Assembly (NCBI GenBank): GCA_965240325.2
Contig: OZ251239.1
Coordinates: 434,001 to 498,000, forward strand
Direction: 5' to 3'
From: Rebecca billardiae RCC1528
Lineage: Eukaryota > Protista > Haptophyta
Length of the DNA: 64,000 nt
Shown: piece by piece, positions 37,565-49,100 of the stretch
Layout of the letters: the number at the start of each line of letters is the position of its first letter
How positions within the stretch are numbered: the stretch's first letter is position 1
The notes under the pieces: model-generated
What the model was told of the DNA's origin: nothing
The model's database searches: none
The model's input: the letters and a program-made list of their open reading frames with translations, nothing else
Made by a program: the position numbers and the translations under genes

Positions 37565-40385
37565 CAGAACGACAGGCGCCGACTCGGCACCGGCCGGCCG
37601 GCCTGCGTCCGAGCTGACGACGACATAGCACGGGGCGGCACAGTGTGGGCCCCCGGCGGCGTGTATCAGTGTTGTCGCGCGTGGCGCTGCTTGCATCCCG
37701 CTAAGACCTTCGCTAAGACCTTCTCGGCGGGCCCCGCCGTAGGCCCTTGTGGCGCCGTCACTGCGAGTGGCGCAGAGGCGCTGGCCGGGGGGGTGCCTGT
37801 GGCCGTGTGCTCGGAGAATCGGGCTCAGGCCACGGCGATTCCGACGAGCCACTCCGCCGGCACCCCGGGTGCCGAGCTCGTGGCCAGATGCTGCCAGCGG
37901 TGGCGGCCACCCGCGTGGCCGCCCCGGGTGGCGCGCAGCCTGTGCACGCCACCGCGACGCGCGCGCGCGCACGGGGGCGGTCTGGCGCGACTGAGCCAGG
38001 GCTGCGCGTACACGCCGCTCGGCGTGCGCACGGCTGGCGCCGCCCGATGTGGTGTGTGCGCGCACCTGTGGGCGGCGCGTGGGCACGTCAGGACGCGCCC
38101 TTGTGGGTCGGCGTCTACTGCGCGGCCGGCGGGGGCTGGCCCGCGGGGGCTTCGTCGGCCTGCGCGGCCGGCGCACGGAGCGACAGTGCAGCGGCCTGGC
38201 GGGCACACGCCAGTCAGGGGGCGGCACTCGGCGCCGCGCGCGCTGGCCGAATGCGACCGGCGGCGGCGCGCCACGCCGTGCCGTGGGTGCGCGCGACGTG
38301 GGCGCAGCGGACGCAGCGCTCACCGACGGGCCCGCAGCCGGGGCGTGCGCGCCGTGCGGTGCTTCGCCTGTTGGCAGCTGGACGCACGCCGCGTGCGCCG
38401 ACGCGTGCGGGCCGGGCTGTGCGCCACCTGCGCTGCGGTCCATCATGAATCGCGTCAACGCCTGCATAGACATCACCATCGCGCTCGCGATCTCGTCACG
38501 TTTCATTGCGGCCGCGCGATCCTCGTCGCGTCGGCGCGCCGCCTCCGCGCGCTCCTGCTGGCGCCAGGCCTCGTCCGCCGCGCGCTCCTGCCGGCGCCGC
38601 TCCTCGTCCGCCGCGCGCCAGGCCTCGTAGTCCTTCTGGCGCTTGGCGTCGTTCGCAGCGAGTTGTCCGATCGCTTGTGCCATTGCGTTGGGGATGCCGT
38701 GCACCATCTCAGCGAGCTGGGCGTGGGCCGCAGCGAGCTCGGTGCACATGCGCGTCGCCTGTTCGGGTGGCCCGGGTGCGCGCGCGACGGCGGATGGCCG
38801 TGTGACGGCGACGCGGCCCGGGTCGCCGACCGGCCGGCGCGCCACCACACGCCCACCGGCGGCGCCGCCCGCGCCGCCCGCGTCGGCGCCGCGTTCGTTC
38901 AGGCGACGCTTGCGCGCTGGCGCCGCCTGTACGTGCCGCGCCAGCGAGGGCGCGCGCCTGTGGAGCGCGGCGGCGTACATCTTCGGCGCGTCCACGCCGC
39001 TGCTTTTGCCGGTGACTGGGTCCGCCGGGTGCGTCCAGAGCCGATCCTGGCAGAACGGGACGATGTCAGCCCACACGCTGATGCACAAGGGGCGAAAGTC
39101 CACAATCGCACCCACGGGCGGCGCGGCAGGTGGCGTCCCGGCAGGCGGCGGGCGCGCCAGGGCGGCTGCCTTCACGGGGTCGCGCATGTGCGGGACGAAG
39201 AACAGCGTGCCGAAGTTGCCGGCGTCGTCGCCGGCCGCCGCGCGGCTGTGCGTTGACAGCGCCTCCGTCGACTTCCACGAGCGCGTCTTCGAAGGCACGT
39301 AGGTGAACTCGAGCACCTCGTCCCGGTGGAGTGCCCGCGAGCTCGTGTCGGCGTTGAGCACGCGGTCGTAAGCACCGGCGTTATCCTCGGAGACGGCGAG
39401 GAGCTCGAAGGTGAGCCGCTTCTTCCGCTCGGGCGCGACGAGCCGTGCGCTGACGATGCGCACCTTGGTGAGGTAGTCCGCCGCCTCGAAGGACGCACCA
39501 TCGCCCACGCTGACGTCGGCGAGGGCGTCGTATCGCAGGTGTGCCGCCTTGACGCGCAGCACGAGCGCCGAGGCGCACGCGATGGCCGCCGCGACGCACG
39601 TGTGCTTCGAGGCGAGCATCAGCTCTTGTTCATGGACGGGCAGCTCGCCGACGACGCCTGCGACGCGCACGCGCGTCCCACCGCCCGGCCGGGGGAGAGG
39701 CCTGTCAAACGAGCGCTGCGGGCGGCCGGCGACCATGATCTGGTTGAGCGTGTGCAGCAGGTCCGCCGACGCCGCCGTGCCCCCAATCACATCGTAGTTC
39801 GACTGCACGTACGTGAGCGCCGCCTCCGCGATGGCCGCGGCGTTCGCCATGAGCCCGGGCGGGTCGCCATCGGGCGCCCAATGGCATGGCCCGATGCCGA
39901 GCGCGCTGCACACCGCGGAGGCGCCCATGAGCACGTCCGTGGACGTCGGGACCACGTCCCCGCGCGGGCGGGGCGGCAACGCGTCCGTCTCGTCCGGGCT
40001 GGGCGGCGGGTCGTGGAGCGCGGGGGCGGCGTGCTGGACGGGGGGCGCAATGGCCCGCGGCGCTGACTGCAGCTCGCACGCAGCAACCTCACGCCGGCTC
40101 ACGGCGTCGGCGAAGGCTCCAACCGTGAAGTCCGTTTTCGTCGCAGCCGTCATCGCGCCCGCCGCACCACTGGGCGGCCGCGTGGCGAAGGTGAGGAGGC
40201 GCCAGCCCGCCTCGAAGCGGATGGCGTACGCGTGCGCGCCGACGACGGGCTCCGACTCGTCGGTGTCGTCGGTGTCCACGGACCGGTAGTCCACCACGGC
40301 CACGGCGGCGTGCAGCAAAGGCGACGTCCCCTGCTCAGCGGGCGCCCGCAGCGGCGTGGGCACAAGCGCGCACCAGGAGGGCGCC
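37502..40385 (-). CDS. Convergent MULE gene B, copy 1 (3' portion, truncated by gap)
   Basis: Near-identical to the C-terminal half of ORF 57338-63037. Confidence 0.65.
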
Positions 40386-40585
40386 NNNNNNNNNNNNNNN
40401 NNNNNNNNNNNNNNNNNNNNNNNNNNNNNNNNNNNNNNNNNNNNNNNNNNNNNNNNNNNNNNNNNNNNNNNNNNNNNNNNNNNNNNNNNNNNNNNNNNNN
40501 NNNNNNNNNNNNNNNNNNNNNNNNNNNNNNNNNNNNNNNNNNNNNNNNNNNNNNNNNNNNNNNNNNNNNNNNNNNNNNNNNNNNN
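40386..40585. other. Assembly gap (200 N)
   Basis: Run of exactly 200 n. Confidence 1.
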
Positions 40586-43467
40586 TATGCCGTCGTGGCC
40601 GCACAGCCGTCTGCTCCGCGTTGTCGCTCGTCGTGAGCCGCGCCTACACACATGGGCGCACCCGCGGCCGGCGCGCGCGCGTGCGTTGGCACTGGCCTGA
40701 AGCAGTGTGGTCCGTGCGCCGACATCGCCGCCGATTCCGTTGTGCGTGTTGGGACCGGCCGCCCGATCAGGTGATGGCTGGCGAGAGCGTGAGGGGCGGG
40801 CTCGGCGCCGCGATGCACCGGCCTGTCATCGCGCGACATCACCAGCGTGTTGTTGTTCACCGCGACGAGAGGCGACGTGTCCACGAGCATGAGCTCGCCT
40901 GCCGCTGCTGCCGGCGCGTGCGAGCGGCCGTTGTTGAAGGAGAGCACGGGCGTCGATGGCACGGAGAGCGGGTCCCTGCCGCCGCCGCTCCCGTACCGCT
41001 CCCGCCAGTGCTGCCGGAAGAGCGCGCGCGACGCCTCCACCTTGAACGGCGCCTTGCTCAGGAAGCCATGTGCGCGCGTCAAGTAGTCAGCGACCTCGCC
41101 GTCTGAGTCGTTGGCCGAGCGCACGAGCATCAGCGTGCGCGCCTCGTCGTCGGGGTCGAGCTTCTGCCGCACCTCGGCGATGATGTGCGAGCCGTACGCG
41201 ATCAGCGAGCTCGAGCCCATCCGGGCGGTCGGCGGCATCTCGCCGTACTCGAGGTTCTCGTCGCAGATGATGAGCACGCGCGCGTCGCCGGCGTCGCGGA
41301 TGCGGCTGAGCAGCGTGGCTGCGAGCGGCGGGATTTCCTCCGGCGTGCCGAGGGTGACGATCGCCTCGTCCGGCGCGCCGAGCTTGGAGAACATGCGCTT
41401 GAGGACCGAGCGCTGCATCTTCGAGTCGTCGATGCCGATGCACACCGTGCCGTCCGGGATGACCCACGTCGGCGAGGACGGGCGCGACGGCCGCGGCCGG
41501 CGCGTCTCGGCCGAGATCTCAATCTCCGGGATCGTGAGCGTCATGATCGTCTCGCCCTTGTCGAAGCGGATGCCGACGGTGCCGCCGAGCGCGTTGGCGC
41601 ACAGCCGCATGATCCACGCGCCGTCGCCGGAGGACGTCGACGGGTGCCCCCCCTTCGGCGTGTCGCCGTGCAGCCGGAACCCCTTCTCGAAGACGACGGC
41701 GGGATCGTCGATGTTGAGCAGCTCCTCGTGGTCGTCGCCCGCCGAGTTGTGCACGTGCATCCGCAGCGTGTTGCTGCCGCCCGGCTCGTCGGCGAGGTCG
41801 AGGCAGACGCGGACGCGCACGGCGCCGGCCTCGCTGCCGTACTTCACCGCGTTGCTCACGGCGTTCGCCAGGATGATGTGCAGCAGGTGCGGGTCCGAGA
41901 CGATCTGTGGCGGCTGCGCGGGCGAGAACTCGAAGTGCACGTTCGGGTTCGGCGAGCTGATCACCGTCGGGAGGTGCACGGCCAGCCGCTTGGGCGCGTA
42001 CATGCCGTTGACGATCTCGCGCGCGAGCGCGGCCGAGGTGATCGTGGTGAGCATCCCCGCGAGCAGGTCGTTCAGCATCGCCAGCTTCTCCCCGCCCACG
42101 CCCTGCTCGGTCAGCTCGTCGACGACCTGGATGGCGGCGAGAACGTCGTTCTTGACCTCGTGGCGCGTGAAGCGGTTGGCCTCCTCGTCCTTGCGCCGCG
42201 CGACCTCGAGCTCGCGCGTCTGGATCTGGTGCTCGATCATGCGCTCGCGGTCGGTCACGTCGCGCACGACGATCACCATGTACTGCTCCTTCGCCACCAG
42301 CTTCGGCTTCACCTCGCAGAGCAGCACGCGCGCGCCGTCGAGCGTGTCACGGCCGTTGAGCGTGTAACGAAATTCGGCCTGCTGGCTCGTGTCCTGCGCC
42401 CACGCGGCCGCGAGCATGCGGTCGATGTCGGTGTCCTCGCTCAGCTGGTGCGCGCGGCCGTGGATCCACGCGTCCGCGTCGTGCACGAGCGAGAGCAGCG
42501 AGTGCGACGCCACCGTGTGGTACCAGTCCTTCTCGCGCTGCGAGACGATGAGCACGTCAGACGCGTGCCGCCACGCGATGCTCATCTGCTCGGTGAGCCG
42601 CTCCAGCCGCCGCGCGGCCACCCGCCGCTTGGCGAGGTCGTGCTGCTCGCCGAGGTACGTGGCGTACAGCATCTTGCCGATGCAGTCCATCACCGCCTCC
42701 AGGATGCCGAACACGTCGTACTGCCGCGTCACCGCCGCGAACGCGAACAGGCACGGGAAGATGCTCCACACGCAGCAGCAGGTGAACGCGACGCGCTCGG
42801 CGCGCGCGTACGCCTCGTGGGTGCCCGGCTGGGTGTCGGCGGAGGAGTGCGCATTGAGCGCGCGGCGGCACTTGAACCAGCGCGCCCAGATGATCGAGTA
42901 GCACGCCGTCGCGCACGCGATCAGCAGGCACCACAAGCCGAGGTGCGGAGTGAGCCACAGGAAGTTGCCAAAGACGATGCACATGAACTGCGAGGACGCG
43001 GTGAGGGCGGCGACGCGGAGCGGCTCGCCAGCGGCGTCTTCGCTCACCACGGTCATCAGAAAGAGCGTCACGCCCCACTCGGCGTACCGAAGCGGCGAGG
43101 CGTGCGTCCCAATCACCGGGTCGAGCCGCACGGGGACCGGCAGCAGGAAATGCATCCAGTTGGTCGCCGCCGCAATCACGTGCACGGCGGTGACCAAGAT
43201 CTCCGCGGAGGATGCGCCACGCATCAGCATCGCCAGCGTGCGCACAACCACCGCCGTGCCCAGCACCGTCCCCGACACGAGGTTGGCCCACCCTTCTGAC
43301 CTGGTGAACTCCGACTCCGTCGGGATTGTCATCAGCACGAGCGCGCTCAGAGCACCCCAGACGAGCGCGGCGACAGCGACGATGAGGGCGGCGGTGCGCA
43401 CGCGGAGCGTCGACAGGCCGCGCGCTGCGACCGTCGAAGACTCGTACAGCGCCGGCCCCAACCCCAT
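40586..43467 (-). CDS. Rhodopsin-PAS-HK-REC gene, duplicate copy (last codons lost in gap)
   Basis: Translation identical to 20793-23882 up to the gap. Confidence 0.9.
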
Positions 43468-43696
43468 CTCATCGGCCACGGCGGCCGTGGAGGGCGGCCG
43501 CTTGATGGCGGATACGCGCATCTCGCAGCCGTGTCTCGTCAGGCGGCAATCTGGAAACCTCGCTATCAGGGCGAGATTCTGCCTTTCGCGATTGACCAAG
43601 CAGGCGACCGAACCGTCGCAAACGAGTAAACGACGGCGCAATCAGCATTTTAGATAGAGTGATGTTTACCGAGCTGTCTCTAGCGTACCGATATTA

Positions 43697-43799
43697 CAGG
43701 TGGATACGGGTGATCTGGACAGTGGCCGACCCAACTCACGCCGAGGCCTCCCTGGTTGCTCAGGAGTAGCCCCTGTGTCCAGTAGCCCGTATCCACCTG
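43697..43799. mobile_element. 103-bp TA-flanked MITE, duplicate copy
   Basis: Identical to 23938-24040. Confidence 0.8.
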
Positions 43800-44295
43800 T
43801 ATCAAAGTCTCAACTCTCATATTACCCACTACTCACTACTGCGAAGGCCGTACTTGCCTATTATCGAGAATACCGCCGTATCCGTCGTCAAGTAGGGTAA
43901 AACCTGCCGCTCGACACAGTTGAATAGAAACTTGAAATTATAATAATATGATCATCACTATGATCCCGTTGACGAAAGCACTCGTCCGCAGCCTCGAGAT
44001 CAAACTCAAGCTTATGAGTTATGATATCATAGTTGCAGCGGATGAGCTCCAGAGCGGATTCGAGAATCGGGCCGATCGCCCGATCCATCGCAAAGATGTC
44101 GTCTAGCATGAACAGCATGAGCGACAGCAGCGTCGGCCCGGGCCGTTCCGCGCAGATAATCTCGGCGGTCGGGTCCGCGAATCAGTGCATTAGATCGCTG
44201 TGGGGGTGCGTACGGATAGCTTGTGAGTGGTTATAATGATGTCATCCTCGTTGGCTTGTCCGCCCCGTGCCGGCGTCATCGCCTCCCGGCTCAGA

Positions 44296-44854
44296 ACTCA
44301 GAAGGCTGGGCGTGTGTGACGCGTCATGACGTGACGTCACGTCATGACGTCATGACGTGACGCGAGGAGTGGCGTAACGTGACGCCCGGACAGCGCTCTG
44401 CCCACGCCTGGCACACCCGGACTCACAGTAGTGCCACAGGCGGCTGCGCGCGCGCGCGCGCCGGGCGCGCCGCGTCGGCGCCGCGCGGTGGCGGCTGACG
44501 GGCGGCGGTGCAGCCCTGCCCCATTCGTACCAGCTCGTGGATCCTCCAGCTCCACGGCCACATGGTGCGGGAGCGGGAGCCCTCGCCTTTGGGCGACGAG
44601 CCCACCTCCTCTGTGCGGTCCGGCCAGCCGGAACCCGGCGCACTCCCTTACGGACGAAACTGTCAATGTCAACGACTGATTAGTTTCTTATAACACCAAT
44701 CACAAGAATAATACGACATACGTAACGGACGAAACGGTCACCGCCAAAAGACGTGTTGCTATGACGCGTAAATGACGCGTAAAACGCATGACGTCATGAC
44801 GTGACGCTAGAAATGGGCGTCATGACGCGTCATAGGGTCCCAGGCCTGCTGAGT
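44296..44854. mobile_element. Degenerate TGACG-array element, duplicate copy
   Basis: Duplicate of 24537-25095. Confidence 0.45.
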
Positions 44855-45614
44855 CAGAATGACGGCGCCGCCGGATTCCGCGCTTAGGCGGCACTGGTCC
44901 GGCTGGAACCGCCGCACCGCGGGCTGAGGGGCGGGGGCGAGGGCGACTTCGATGAGCGCAGTCCTGGTGCTCCATACTGTCCGATCCGCTGGCTGTTTGG
45001 CGTGCGCGCGGGTATATATATATATGTATACTAGTCCTCGCTCAGCTGCAAATCAATCGCATCGACCGTCGTGCGCCTCAGGCCAGCGGGGCGCGGACTC
45101 AGTCAGACAAGTGCCGCTCGCGTGTGCCACTGGTCGCCGTAGGCGAAGCGAGGTCCGGACGAGGAGCAAGCTACCGGGCGCAGAGCCAAGCATGACCGCG
45201 TTCCGATGCTGCGCAAGCAACGCGTCGCCTTCGCACGGCAACTCGACGGCCGCAGCGGAGGCAGCGCCGGCCCCGCGCAGTGCGCGCGGCGGCGATGCAT
45301 TATTTTTGTAGTACTGTGGGGCTCCACATTCTTTACTACATCCTCATCCTGTCGGCGCGCTGTCGCATCGGCGCCCAGTCGGCGAGTTCGGACGACGACG
45401 TTTTGTGGACGACGGTGGGGCGAGGACGACGGGCGCTGGCGCGCCGCGAGGCGGCCGCAGCCCTCATCCAGGCCTCGCAGGCGGACGGCTGAACGAATCT
45501 TCCGGCGGCGCTACCATCGGCGACGGCTTCATGGGCGGTGACAGTTGGCGGGCGTCAATCTCGCCTGCCTGAGCTGTGTGCGTCTCTTATTCTTAGTAAA
45601 CTGTATACAGTTTA

Positions 45615-46103
45615 GGGAATCCTCCGGAAGTCCGACGAGGACCGACCGAGCAACCAGAACTCCGACAAACCTCCGCATCTCAGCACGGCGATTTCCGGAC
45701 TGGCACCCCCGCCAGTTTTCCGACGGCCAGAAGCTTCGGGAGCGAGCAAATGGCGCCGCTCGCCCGCAACGCGGAAGATACCGCTCGCGGCGAACCGGCG
45801 CGAACGCCCGCCTTGTATTCGGGCGGAGTACCCTAATGAGCGGGGGTGGGCACTTTCGTATTGCGCGCAGCCTGACGCCCACCCGCGACGAAACGACGCC
45901 GTCGACTCCTCCCGCCCGGACCGCCGCCGGAACGTTGCTCGTCAATTAGTTAGAGAAATGCGACGCCGGGGGGCGCGCCGCAAAACTTGCTCCCGAGCTC
46001 GCCACGAGGGAGGGCTGGGCGTGAGCACGACGTTAAGGGGGTACGCCTTCCACGCGCGCGGGCGTCGTGCGCGCGCCGCGCGGTCGCGCGCGGCGCATCG
46101 CGC
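45615..46103 (+). repeat. Left TIR of MULE (~489 bp)
   Basis: Reverse complement of 62892-63380; nearly perfect over the first ~395 bp. Confidence 0.93.
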
Positions 46104-49100
46104 ACACGCACCGACCGTTCTTGTTCCCTGCGGCCTCCCCTCGCAGGAGTTCCCCCTTCTCGCATCCGAGTCGGTCTGAGGCGTCGACGGTCGCCGGCCG
46201 CGACGAGCAGGCAAGTCGCACTCGTGATTCGTGAATGGTGCGAGGTCGCGGTGGGCCGGGGCGGGTGTGTGTGGTCGGCAGCGATGTTGGTGGCGTGCGC
46301 CGCCGCGCGCGCGCACACCGCACCACTCCCATGCGCCCCCGTCCCCTGTCTGACGATGTGCCCCGTGTGTGTGCTCGCGCGCGCCTGCGTTTGCCTCTCC
46401 GCCGCACGTGCTGGCACGTACCGCGCAGGCGGGCATGCGGCATGTGTCCGCCGGCCCCAGCAGTCAGGACGACCTGCTGCTCGTGGACGCGGTGATCGCA
46501 GCGGCTGACGACGCGTTGTGCACGCTGCAGTTCTCCTCGGCAGCAGCCCCGTGGACGTTCACCTTTGGTCTGGTGCTGTGCACCCTCGGCGTGGTCCACA
46601 GCACCGACGTGGGCCTTGGCGCCGCCGCCGCGCAGGTCACAGTGCCGCGCGTATGGGGTGGCAGCGGCGCCGACGCGCTGCTCACTGTGGTGGAGTGTGC
46701 GGAGTTGTTGGCTTCGCACCCGGACGCGCTGCGTGAGCGCGCGGACTCGGTGGCGCGCGTGTGCGCGGCGGCCCTTTGGTTCAGGGCCGTCGCGCAGATC
46801 GCCGTGCGCGCTGCCTGTGGTGCTTCCGCCGACGGGGCTCTGGCGGAGGAGGGCAGTTTCGCGGAGACGGCGCGACTGACGGCGTCCGCAGCGGCGCTCG
46901 GAGGGAAACCGGCGCCGCCGCCCGCAGGCACGTCCCACGCGCGCCGCTCGGGTGGCGCGGAGTCGCTGTCGCCGTCGTCCTCGGCGCCGACCCCAGGGCA
47001 GCACGCACGCGCCGCTGAGCACGCGCAGGGCGCATGCGCGTGGGCAGTGCGTGCGGCCTGGGCCGCCGCTCCGTTCCGGACGAAGCTGGCTCTGGCGGCG
47101 TTGTGCGCCCCCCGTCCGGATGCCCGCCCAGGTGCTGGGACTGGCGGAGGCGTCGACGACGTGCTCCCGGCGACGACGGCGGCGGCGGCGGCGCCGTCGG
47201 GCGCTTGGACGGGCGCGCCCCCCCCGTGCCCGCCGCTGTCATGCCCGTCCGAGGCGGTGATGTACTACGCGCGCGCCGTCTTCGGCGCGGACGCTGGCCA
47301 GTCCGAGCCTCTGTTCGTCGCCTTCGAGCGCGTGGCGTCGTGGCCAGCAGGCCGCAGCAGCCTCTGCGCGGACGCGCTGCGTGCGCGAGCGGCGGAGCTG
47401 CGCACGCAGGCGTACGCTGCCGTACGCGCGCTCTGCGCGCCCGTGCCGGCGCAGCCGCGCGCGTTCGTTCCCGCGTCGGCTGAGCAGGCACGCTGGCGCG
47501 ACCAGCAGCTGCGTGCGGAACTCGAGAGCGCCCGCTTGGCGTGGCTCGGCGCCGTCTCGCAGGCCGTCGTGGGGGCCGGCGAAGGGGTGGCGGCAGATGG
47601 AGCGCCGCGCGCTGCCACGTCCGGCGCCGCCGCTGGACGTGACGCCGCCGTGCGCGCAGCCGCCGTCAGGCTGCGTGCTGCCGTGGTCGCCGACGGCCAC
47701 GCCGGTCTTGCGGCCTTTGTGGCCGCGTGCGAGGACGGCTCGCTGCGCGAAGGGTGGCTGGCGCGGCCGTTGCTGCGGGCCGCCTCCACCATCGCCGAGC
47801 GCACCGTGTGGGCAGTGGTCATCCCGCTCGCGCCCGCGCTGGTGCACGTCGGCGAGGGCGCGCGTCTGCACCCCTTGCTCGACGCCACCTTCGCGCAGGC
47901 CCTCGTGGCCGGCGCGGCCGTCTCGCAGCCGCCAGTGACGCTGGTGCTGACGCTGTGCGGTGCGCACGCTGTCGTGGGCGCCGCTGCGCCGTGGCGCGAC
48001 GAGGTGACGAGCGCGGCGTCGGGCGCGATGCGCCCTGCCTCCGCCGTGGTGGTGCCGCGCGCGCTGCCGCCTGCAGGCGAGCCGCCGCTGGGCGACGCGC
48101 TGGCGCCGACGCCTGCGGCGGCGCCCGCGCCCAGCCTCGACGACATGCTCGCGCATAACGCCGCGGTTGGGCGCGCGCTGCAGGCCGCGTTTGGTGCCGC
48201 CGCTGCGGCACCGCAGCGTTTGGACATGGACATGGGCGTGCTGGTTGGCCCGTTGCGCGAGTACGTGCTGCAGCACGCAGGCCTCGGCGGGGACGGCGAT
48301 GCGTCCATGCCCTTGCTGGATGAGGGTGGCGGCCTCCTGCGCACGGTGCACGCGTACCAGTCCGCGGACGCGGGCGGCGAGGCGGCCGCGCAGCGGCGCT
48401 GGGGGGTGGGCGACCACGGCTCCTCTGCGCGCTCGGTGCTGGGGTGCCGCGCCTTTGAGCGCGTGGTGGCGGCGCTGAAGGGCGTCGTGAGCTCGTTGTT
48501 CCGCGGCGACGCCTCTGACGGTGTCCGCGGCCTCGACGCGCTCGACCTCACGGCCTGGCATGTCTTCGGGCGGCCGATGCGTCCGCCCGACGGGGGCCGC
48601 GGCACGTGCGACGACGGCGACGTCACGACGTACGGGTGGCACGTCGACGGCACGACCGACGAGGACCATCTGTGGACGGCAGTGGTCCTCTTGCACTTGC
48701 CGCAAAGTGTGCCCACCAATCCCTTCCCGCTGCAGACGGTCGGCGCGCGCCCCCCCGGTGCGCGCGCCGACGCCGTGCCGCTGCACGGCGACGTTGCCCT
48801 GCAGGAAAGCGCAGGTGCAGTGCACATCTTCCCCGCCATGTGGCATCACCGCTCGGCCCCCAGTGCGCGCGCCGCGTCCTCGGGGTCCGTGCCGTCGTCC
48901 TCGCGCAAGAGGCCTACGCGTCAGGGTGCGGCGGACGCGCTCGTCCTGAAGGCTGTGTTCTCATTCGGGGGGCGGGGCCTCGCGGACACATTCCGCGCTT
49001 CGTTCACGCCGCCGCCGAGCGCGCCTCGCCCCGCCGCCACGCCGTGCGCGGCGCGCTCCGACCCGCCTCCCACGCCGTATCGGCTCGTGCCCGCCCTCGA

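Larger units (their letters stand above)
25856..40385 (+). mobile_element. Giant Mutator-like element, copy 1 (left TIR present, truncated by assembly gap)
   Basis: Same left junction (TACAGTTTA|gggaatcc) and sequence as 45615 onward. Ends at the N gap. Confidence 0.9.

Noticed and set aside
37502-43641. ORFs reading through the N run (37502-40651, 40150-43641) suggesting fusion proteins
   Set aside because: Artefacts of translating across the assembly gap.
45557-45614. Treating the outer 49-bp inverted arms as the true element termini
   Set aside because: No TSD outside them, whereas the inner GGGAA termini are flanked by a perfect 9-bp duplication typical of Mutator; the arms also occur independently elsewhere.
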